From the NCBI GenBank assembly GCA_963785235.1, contig CAWAUM010000012.1, forward strand, positions 32,001-96,000: a DNA stretch of 64,000 nt, written 5' to 3'. The stretch's first letter is position 1. The number at the start of each line of letters is the position of its first letter. The stretch comes from an uncultured delta proteobacterium (GTDB lineage Bacteria > Desulfobacterota > Desulfomonilia > UBA1062). The notes under the pieces were generated by a model. That model was given only the letters and a program-made list of their open reading frames with translations, was not told where the DNA came from and did no database searches. Positions 56,871-64,000 of this stretch are shown here, in pieces. The position numbers and the translations under genes were made by a program.

Positions 56871-58052
56871 TCAGATCTTTTCCACTTCCACATATTTTTC
56901 CCGTGCCGACAGGACCTGCACCAGTTCCCTGATATAGACCATGCGCATGGGTTCGCCGCGGATGATGTCAGCTACCTGGTTCGGGTTGATCGCAGTGCCC
57001 ACGATGAGGTGGATGTCGTCGGCCATCAGCAGAGAACGTGCCAGCCGGGTCGAGGCATCGTCATCCTTGGGCAGGTCATAGATGGTTTTTGACATCCGGA
57101 GGATCTCCGCTGCCTGCCCGAGGGTGAGAATCCCTTCGGTAACCAGGTCCACGCCCTTCAGGAGGGCCGTGGGCGGGGACCCCTTCTTGTGTTTCGGCGC
57201 ATCCTTCTTTCTCTTAGCAGGCGGTATCCAGTCCACCACAAGCTCTTCCTTCAGAACCCTGGCCGCCATCTGGGCGGTGCTGCCGCCACAGATGATCTTT
57301 TCCCCTTTCGCGCTCATGAGCCTTTTCACCGCAAACTCATCCAGGTCCTTGTTGGTCGGCGGCCCGGTCAGGACGGTAGCGGATATGGCCGGGCGCACCT
57401 TCATGCCGATGACCGTGGCATCGTCACCCGGTTTGTCTTCATACAATTTTCCGCAGGTGTTGGACAGCGCCTGGGTCAGCTTGAACGTGTCCACGATCCC
57501 GGCCTGCACGAAGCGCTGCACCGCCTTGGCAATATTGTCCCACCCCCAGCCAAGCCGGTATATCTTGCCCAGCCCAGCATGTTCATAACCATCGCTTATG
57601 AGGACCATATAATCGTTTTCCTCAAGCTCGAAACGCACTTCCCTTACCTTCCTGCCGTTCACCTCCCGTTCCTCCATGGGAAGATTGACCAGGGCATTGT
57701 CCCGAACCAGGATCAGGGGTGACGAGTCGAACTCCACGAGATGGGCATCATGACCATTATTCACGGTAAGCACTGCAAAGGTGGCATATGCAAGCTTGCG
57801 CACGCTGCATTCGGGCAGGGTTTCCACCAGGGTCTGCATGACATCTTCTATGGTTGCGCCTGATTCGAACATCCTGGCAGCGATCTCCGCAGTGAGCGTC
57901 GAGAGGATGTGTGCCTTGACCCCGCTTCCCAGACCATCGGAGAGCACCGCGACGAACGTGTCGGGATTCGAACGTATGATGACCGAATCGCCGCACAACT
58001 CTTCGCCTGCCTTGTTCAGGCTGATCCAGGAAAATTCTACGATCTGCCTCAC
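56871..58052 (-). CDS. SpoIIE/PP2C-type phosphatase (HfsC-like)
   Basis: NKAGEELCGD, LSDGLGSGVKA, AYATF, SDG, PGDDAT, ICGGSTA, VTEGILTL. Confidence 0.9.
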   Translation of the reverse strand: MRQIVEFSWISLNKAGEELCGDSVIIRSNPDTFVAVLSDGLGSGVKAHILSTLTAEIAARMFESGATIEDVMQTLVETLPECSVRKLAYATFAVLTVNNGHDAHLVEFDSSPLILVRDNALVNLPMEEREVNGRKVREVRFELEENDYMVLISDGYEHAGLGKIYRLGWGWDNIAKAVQRFVQAGIVDTFKLTQALSNTCGKLYEDKPGDDATVIGMKVRPAISATVLTGPPTNKDLDEFAVKRLMSAKGEKIICGGSTAQMAARVLKEELVVDWIPPAKRKKDAPKHKKGSPPTALLKGVDLVTEGILTLGQAAEILRMSKTIYDLPKDDDASTRLARSLLMADDIHLIVGTAINPNQVADIIRGEPMRMVYIRELVQVLSAREKYVEVEKI

Positions 58053-59767
58053 TTGTTTCCTTCCTCTTCCAGGAGTTTCGCCAGGTGCGATACAATCGTC
58101 TTGCTCTCGGCCGTGGTTTCCCCCAGGAGGTGGGCGATCTCATGGGCCACGCGCATCTGTTTGCTCACCACCTCGCGGGTACGTTCCAGCGTCTCCTCGC
58201 GGATGGTCTTGAATTTCTCCCGCTCCTTTTCCCGCGTGGTGACATCGCGCATAATGGCCACCATCAGGGGCTGCCCCTCGACCCTGACAATGGTCTGCTC
58301 GACTATGAAATTCTCCTTGAGCCTGCGCCTCTTGCCCATAACGGGTTTTCCCTTGTCGCGTACCGCAATGAAGTCATCCAGCACGGAGATCAGGCTCGAA
58401 AGGTGTTTCCCCTCCACGTCCGCGAGTTTGCATTGGAAGAGCTTTTCCGCCGAGGGCGACATGTCATGGATAATGAGGTCGTTGTCAAAGATGATGATGG
58501 AGTTGGGGGTGACATCCATGACGACCTGGCGGAGCGATTCGGAGCGGCTGCGCATATAGGGGATGCACATGGTTACTTCCGCGAGCCCCCGCAGTGTCGC
58601 AATTGCCTTTTCCCTGCAGCTGGGATACCCACAGGCCCCGCAGTTCAGTTCGTCGTCCTTGGTGTGCTTATTGACCCGGCGCAGGACCGCCTGGATCTCT
58701 TCCTCGCTGAATTCCGGCACATGCACCTTTCTGTCCCGGTAGGTGCGTGTAAGCGGTGGCCAGTCATCCCTGATAATATTCAGATCCGACTGATGCCTGC
58801 CATGGAACTCGATGATTCTCTGGCGCGCCAGGTAAATGCCCCCGGCCACTTCCGCCATGGCCGGCCCGTTCACACACCCCCCCTTGCAGGCCATGAGTTC
58901 GACCAGACTTGCATTCAGGGTTCCTTTTCTGATGTCGTCCAGGACATCATGGCAGGCGTCCAGGCCTGAAGCAACGATCATCTGGTTATCAAGGATATCC
59001 GTATTCATCTTGGCCGTGCCGATGAGGCCGCCTTCGATGGGGAACAGCCTGGCCTTTTCAGACGGCGGGGCTTCGGTGTCTGCCGGGGTATTGCAAAAGG
59101 CGATGTTCCTTTCCGTAAACCATTCCTGCAGCCCCAGGAAGGTCATTACCGCATTGGGTCCTCCCGGAACCGATTCATCCACAATCTCGAGCTTTTTTGC
59201 GATGCACGGGCCGATGAAAACGATGTAGGCCTCGGGTCCGTACCTCTTTGAGAGCATCCGTCCGTGTGCGATCATGGGAGAAACGATGGGGGCCAGGTGG
59301 CCTATCAGGTCGGGGTGATACTGCTCTATGAGGTTGACGACAACCGGGCAGGCCGAGGCGATGACAGGCAGGCGGTCCTGTGCCTTTTCGAGATATTCAC
59401 GGTGAGCAAGGGCCACGATGTGGGCACCCACGGCGGTCTCCTCCGCAGCATGAAAACCGATATCCTGCAGGGCCTTTTCCAGTTCGTCAAAGCTTCCCAT
59501 ATCAAAGAATGCAGGGGCCGACGGGGCCACGGAGGCAACAATCAGGCGTCCCTCATTCTGGGCATTGATGATATCCTGCCTGGCACTGCGGATGCTCTTG
59601 GCCTTCTGTGGACAGATGCGGACACACGTGCCGCACAGGATGCAGAGCTCCTGCACAACCTGGGCCTGTCCTTCCTTTACCCGTATGGCCTTGACATCGC
59701 AGTTGCGCACGCACCGGTAACAGTCGCGGCAGCGGGCGGGGTTCGTCATGATGACCGGTTCGCTCAT
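58049..59767 (-). CDS. Sensory [FeFe]-hydrogenase-like protein with PAS domain (HydS/HfsB, group C)
   Basis: 2x[4Fe-4S] motifs; ASACP, GPCIAKKLE, ELMACKGGCVNGP; NCGACGYPSC; PAS; KQMRVAHEIAHLLGETTAE. Confidence 0.9.
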   Translation of the reverse strand: MSEPVIMTNPARCRDCYRCVRNCDVKAIRVKEGQAQVVQELCILCGTCVRICPQKAKSIRSARQDIINAQNEGRLIVASVAPSAPAFFDMGSFDELEKALQDIGFHAAEETAVGAHIVALAHREYLEKAQDRLPVIASACPVVVNLIEQYHPDLIGHLAPIVSPMIAHGRMLSKRYGPEAYIVFIGPCIAKKLEIVDESVPGGPNAVMTFLGLQEWFTERNIAFCNTPADTEAPPSEKARLFPIEGGLIGTAKMNTDILDNQMIVASGLDACHDVLDDIRKGTLNASLVELMACKGGCVNGPAMAEVAGGIYLARQRIIEFHGRHQSDLNIIRDDWPPLTRTYRDRKVHVPEFSEEEIQAVLRRVNKHTKDDELNCGACGYPSCREKAIATLRGLAEVTMCIPYMRSRSESLRQVVMDVTPNSIIIFDNDLIIHDMSPSAEKLFQCKLADVEGKHLSSLISVLDDFIAVRDKGKPVMGKRRRLKENFIVEQTIVRVEGQPLMVAIMRDVTTREKEREKFKTIREETLERTREVVSKQMRVAHEIAHLLGETTAESKTIVSHLAKLLEEEGNK

Positions 59768-59792
59768 GGGGTCTCCTTATGGAATATCACGG

Positions 59793-60059
59793 TTATCTCT
59801 TTAATAATTTGGTGTTCACCTTTCCCATGATTTCCTTGTAGAAAAAGCCTTCCGCATCTTCGGGCCGGATACCGCTGTATGCGCTGTCCCCGACGCGGAT
59901 GGACACACCTTTTGAACAGGTGTCCATGCAGAAGGCGCCGACAATATCCACCAGCCCCTGCAGGTTCTCCTTTTCAATCAGTCGCTGGATTTCAGAGGCA
60001 AGCTCGTCCGAGCCGCGGATGCTGCACGAGCTGCCGACGCAGATGGTTATTATCAGCAT
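59793..60059 (-). CDS. Thioredoxin-like [2Fe-2S] ferredoxin (HfsA-like)
   Basis: ICVGSSC...FCMDTC. Confidence 0.85.
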   Translation of the reverse strand: MLIITICVGSSCSIRGSDELASEIQRLIEKENLQGLVDIVGAFCMDTCSKGVSIRVGDSAYSGIRPEDAEGFFYKEIMGKVNTKLLKR

Positions 60060-60073
60060 TTCGAGAGTTCTCC

Positions 60074-63000
60074 TTATGCCTTGGGCTCGTCGAGCAAGTG
60101 CATCAGATGGGCGTCGATGAATGCCGACGCATTTGTGGGATCAACCTGGCTTACAATTGTCTTGCCCACAATGACATTGGGCCCGCCTTCACACTGCCCT
60201 GTGCAGAACCGCGCCTTGATGCGGAAACGCTCGGACAGCCCGCGCCGCCTCAGTTCGGCCCCCAGGCCTTCCAAAAGCCGCCATGACCCCTTGACATAAC
60301 AGTTCGTGCCGATGCAGACACCCACGTCGATGACGCCCGGTTCCTTGAGTGTCTCAACGATGGCCGTTGGCTCAAGCCGCATGGAGCGCCTGCGGTATGT
60401 GGTGTGCAGGGCATGATGCGATGTCTCGCTGTCAGGCTCTCCGAGCCAGTTGGTGTAGATGGCCTGCACGGACGGGTTATCCTGGCTTGTCCTGATGGGT
60501 GAGCCCTGGTCGAGCCGGTAGAGGACTTCCAGACGGTCCGCTGTATCGCTGATCAGTTTGGGCGCCGGGTTGCCGGAGCCGTTGATGCATCCCCCGGGAC
60601 AGGCCATGACCTCGATGAGGTCATAAGGGGCATCGGCGGCCCGTATCCGGTCGATGAGCTGCTGGGCGTTCTGCAACCCGCTGACGACGGCCAGGCGCAC
60701 CTTTGAATCACCAAGGGTGACTACGGTTTCCTTTACACCCTCCAAACCCCTGACACCCTCATAGTTGAAGCTGTCCAGGCGTGTGCCTGTAACGCGTTCG
60801 GCTGCAAGACGCAGAGCCGCTTCAGCCACACCGCCGCTTGCTCCGAAGATGATCCCGGCACCGCTGACCTTGCCGAAAAAGGCGTCCACCGCCACAGGCT
60901 TGACGGCTTTGGGGTCTATGTGTCTTTCCGTGAACATCTCGATGATATCGTTGGTGGTCAGGACAGTGTCCACGTCGGTTATGCCCTCTGCAGTGAATTC
61001 AGGCCGCTTTGCCTCGTACTTCTTGGCGTTGCAGGGCATGATGGAAACGAAGTAAAGCAGTTCCGGGCGTACCTTGAGCTGCTTGGCGAAATATTGTTTC
61101 ATGACCGCTCCGAACATCTGCTGGGGCGATTTGCATGAGGACAGGTGAGGGAGGATGTCAGGGGCCATCTTTTCGCAATAATTCACCCAGGCCGGGCAGC
61201 ACGACGTTATCTGAGGCAGTACGCCCCCTTCGGCGAGTCTGCTCAGGAACTCCGTGCCCTCCTCCATGATGGTCAGGTCTGCGGCCCAGCAGGTATCGAA
61301 GACAAAATTGAATCCAAGCTGTTTCAACCCTGCGGCCAGGATGGGCATGGCGTCTTCGCCCGGAATGCCGAAATGCTGGCCGAATGCGGCCCGAACCGCA
61401 GGTGCGATCTGTGCCACAACGGTCAGCTCGGGGTTCTGCAGGGCCCTGTAGACATGTGGGAGCGCAGGTTTCAGGGTAAGGGCGCCGGTGGGGCAGATGG
61501 TCGCACAGTGGCCGCATGATACGCACTCGGTCAGGTCCAAGGGACGATGATCATTGGGTCCGATGGTCAGGACATTGCTTGTTTCATAGAAGCTCAACGC
61601 CGAGACGCCTTCCATTTCGCGGCAGACCTTCAGACACAACCCGCACAGGATGCATTTGCCGGTGTCCCTGGTAATAATGGGATGGTTGTCATCAATGGGC
61701 AGCGGCTTGGCCGGCTGTGAATCATCGAACTGGACGCCGTACTGGCTGGCATAATTTCTCAAGTCGCATGCATAGCGCTCGGTGCACCCGCAGGACAGGC
61801 ACCTGAAGGCCTCGGCCATTGCCGTTTCCGTGTCCCAGGTGGTGGTGGATTCTTTGAAGTTATTCCTTCTTACAACCGGTTCAAGCGCCGGGACCTCATA
61901 GCGCTGTGCATGTTTGACCCCATTGAAGGTATCGCCCGGCAGGTCGCGCCAGTCGCCTTTGGTGCACGTATAAGGACCGGCAGATGGTGAAACCATGCCG
62001 GTTCTAACATACTGGTCAATGGCCTCAGCCGCCCGTTGGCCTGCCCCGATGGCTGCAATGGCGATATCGGGACCGGTAACGCAGTCCCCACCGGAGAAGA
62101 CCCAGGGGACACCTGTCTGCATGGTTGTGGGATGAACCTTGATATTGCCCCACTTGTCCATGAGGCTGTCGTCCCCTACGCAGAACCCATCCACGGCCTG
62201 ACCGATGGCGGAGATGATGGTATTGGCCGTCAACGTGAATTCCGAACCCGCAACGGGTACAGGGCGGCGTCTGCCGCTCTTGTCCGGCTCACCCAGGACC
62301 ATGTGGATGCAGCTCAGGGCAAGCATGTTTCCTGCTGCCTTTATGGATACAGGCGCTGTGAGGTATTGAATATTGACGCCTTCTTCGATGGCCTCTTCTA
62401 TCTCGATCTCCTGTGCAGGCATTTCCTGGCGTGTGCGCCTGTAGGCAACAGTCACGTCTTTGACACCCAGCCGGATGGCACTGCGGGCCGCATCCATGGC
62501 CGTGTTGCCGCCCCCGATGACGATGACCCGTTCGCCCAGCTCCGGGGTCTCTCCCCTGGCCAGCCTTGCGAGAAAATCAAGGCCGGACATGACTCCGGGG
62601 AGCTCTTCGCCTTCCACACCGATGGCTGTAGCCTTCTGGGCGCCCAGGCCGATAAAGACAGCGGCAAAGCCATCTCTCTTCAACAACTCCAGCGTAAAAT
62701 CACGGCCCAGCTTTTTATGGTATTGAATTTCGATACCCAGATCGAGGATGGATTGGATTTCGGCATCGAGCTGCTTTTCAGGAAGACGATAGTAGGGTAT
62801 TCCCCAGCGGAGCATACCCCCGGCTGCTTCGTGCATCTCAAAGACCGTTACCCGGTGTCCTTTCCTCCGCAGGAAATAAGCAGCGGTCAAACCAGCCGGA
62901 CCGGCCCCGACAACGGCAACACGGACGCCGGTGTCAGGCATGCACACAGGTTTATATGACTGAAGCTGATAGCCGTCCCAATCGGCAACGAAGCGTTTGA

Positions 63001-63505
63001 TACCATTGATGTTAACGGCCCCATCAAAGGCATTGCGACGGCACTCGGACTCACAGGGGTGCGGACAAACACGGCCGCAGACCCCGGGCAGAGGATTGCT
63101 TTCTTTAATGACTTCCAGGGCCTCTGAAAAGTTCCCCGAGGACACATGGTAGATATATTTCTGGATATCGATATGAGCGGGACACCGCTGCACACAGGGC
63201 GCAACACAGTCGCCATAATGGGTCCTCAGCATGGCCTGGAGATAGATCTTCCGGTAACTGCTCAGGGCGTCGGAGTCGGTATGAACTACCATACCCTCGG
63301 AAACATACGTGGAAGTTGCGGAAACAAAACCGGTATTATTGCCAAGGGTGACTTCCACAAAGGCGACTTCAGTCGTACTCGGGGGAGAGACCCTCGGATC
63401 ATATCCCAGGGCCGGAATGTTGATCCCGTTTGCCCGCGCCGCGTCGATAATCGTCATGGTGTTTTCTACGGAGCACGTCTTGTCGTTGATTTTCATTGTA
63501 ATCAT
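60074..63505 (-). CDS. hydA: Catalytic [FeFe]-hydrogenase fused to a GltD-like FAD/NAD(P)H module and a C-terminal [2Fe-2S] domain
   Basis: CGRVCPHPCE, GAGPAG, GGGNTAMD; H-cluster TSCCPAW, MPCNAKKYE, EVMACPGGCING; CIGTNC...CTGQC. Confidence 0.92.
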   Translation of the reverse strand: MITMKINDKTCSVENTMTIIDAARANGINIPALGYDPRVSPPSTTEVAFVEVTLGNNTGFVSATSTYVSEGMVVHTDSDALSSYRKIYLQAMLRTHYGDCVAPCVQRCPAHIDIQKYIYHVSSGNFSEALEVIKESNPLPGVCGRVCPHPCESECRRNAFDGAVNINGIKRFVADWDGYQLQSYKPVCMPDTGVRVAVVGAGPAGLTAAYFLRRKGHRVTVFEMHEAAGGMLRWGIPYYRLPEKQLDAEIQSILDLGIEIQYHKKLGRDFTLELLKRDGFAAVFIGLGAQKATAIGVEGEELPGVMSGLDFLARLARGETPELGERVIVIGGGNTAMDAARSAIRLGVKDVTVAYRRTRQEMPAQEIEIEEAIEEGVNIQYLTAPVSIKAAGNMLALSCIHMVLGEPDKSGRRRPVPVAGSEFTLTANTIISAIGQAVDGFCVGDDSLMDKWGNIKVHPTTMQTGVPWVFSGGDCVTGPDIAIAAIGAGQRAAEAIDQYVRTGMVSPSAGPYTCTKGDWRDLPGDTFNGVKHAQRYEVPALEPVVRRNNFKESTTTWDTETAMAEAFRCLSCGCTERYACDLRNYASQYGVQFDDSQPAKPLPIDDNHPIITRDTGKCILCGLCLKVCREMEGVSALSFYETSNVLTIGPNDHRPLDLTECVSCGHCATICPTGALTLKPALPHVYRALQNPELTVVAQIAPAVRAAFGQHFGIPGEDAMPILAAGLKQLGFNFVFDTCWAADLTIMEEGTEFLSRLAEGGVLPQITSCCPAWVNYCEKMAPDILPHLSSCKSPQQMFGAVMKQYFAKQLKVRPELLYFVSIMPCNAKKYEAKRPEFTAEGITDVDTVLTTNDIIEMFTERHIDPKAVKPVAVDAFFGKVSGAGIIFGASGGVAEAALRLAAERVTGTRLDSFNYEGVRGLEGVKETVVTLGDSKVRLAVVSGLQNAQQLIDRIRAADAPYDLIEVMACPGGCINGSGNPAPKLISDTADRLEVLYRLDQGSPIRTSQDNPSVQAIYTNWLGEPDSETSHHALHTTYRRRSMRLEPTAIVETLKEPGVIDVGVCIGTNCYVKGSWRLLEGLGAELRRRGLSERFRIKARFCTGQCEGGPNVIVGKTIVSQVDPTNASAFIDAHLMHLLDEPKA

Positions 63506-63604
63506 ATATCCCTCTTTCGATCGTAGTCTTCTAATGACCCTTGCAGAAGAAGCTTTAAGCGGCTAAACCCGCACTTATTGAGCCGGACCTGCACTCCATA
63601 GAAT

Positions 63605-63621
63605 AGCAATTTTCATTCCAA
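63605..63621 (-). promoter_or_regulatory. Sigma54 (-24/-12) promoter of the hydrogenase operon
   Basis: Minus strand TTGGAATGAAAATTGCT = GG-N10-GC, 100 bp upstream of ATG 63505. Confidence 0.65.
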
Positions 63622-63824
63622 TGATATGGTGAAAGTCAAACACTATAGTATCAAACAGTTATACACCCTCTATACAGCCGACTCATCTTAATTGTTTATT
63701 GATTCGTTATGGCCCTCTAAAAGAAACGTTCAATACACGCCAGACCCACAGGTTCACACTTGAGATTTCAGCTATTGGATACTATTGATATTGAAATTTG
63801 TTATTGCCCCGCAAAGGAGGAGCG

Positions 63825-64000
63825 ATGAAACGACATTCTCATTACCTTATAGCAATCCTGTTGATTTTTGCATTATCCATGGGAGCCTGCTCGAAACCTG
63901 ATGCGCCGCAGCCGGCAAAACCGGCAAGTCCTGTTGCTGCAAGCCCGGAAGGTTCACAGGTAACGCAGGCCCCGCCTTTTACTACCCCGATGAACGAGAG
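63825..64000 (+). CDS. Lipoprotein, 5' part only (runs off the right edge)
   Basis: AAGGAGG; MKRHSHYLIAILLIFALSMGAC-SKPDAPQP. Confidence 0.7.
   Translation, partial: MKRHSHYLIAILLIFALSMGACSKPDAPQPAKPASPVAASPEGSQVTQAPPFTTPMNE

Overview
GC-rich bacterial window, most consistent with an anaerobic Desulfobacterota/'Deltaproteobacteria' genome (inferred from gene content). It has five blocks. (1) 0.5-7 kb: envelope/signalling module with a tetraheme cytochrome on a Pro-rich stalk, three CsgG/TolB_N-like proteins, an outer-membrane barrel and a cyclase-FHA protein. (2) 8.0-15.5 kb: integron cassette array on the minus strand with 6 clear and 2 degenerate attC sites and an attI-like site, but no integrase in the window. 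It carries three toxin-antitoxin pairs, pssA and two candidate anti-phage cassettes. (3) 15.7-54.0 kb: type VI secretion island with all core genes, plus a kinase, a PP2C phosphatase, TagF, TagJ, an apparently split TagH, a Cys-rich protein with six repeated acidic-Thr motifs, an extra TssB-TssC fusion, two DUF2169 adaptors around a PAAR-like gene, twin methyltransferases, a YopT-type protease and an ADP-ribosyltransferase, the last two without obvious immunity genes. (4) A 70-aa glutaredoxin-like protein with two in-frame UGA codons, each followed by a hairpin; it is missing from the ORF track and is a probable selenoprotein. (5) 56.9-63.5 kb: [FeFe]-hydrogenase operon with a sigma54-type promoter. 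Several genes are broken by indels, probably assembly errors. All family calls come from reading motifs by eye; no database search was run.
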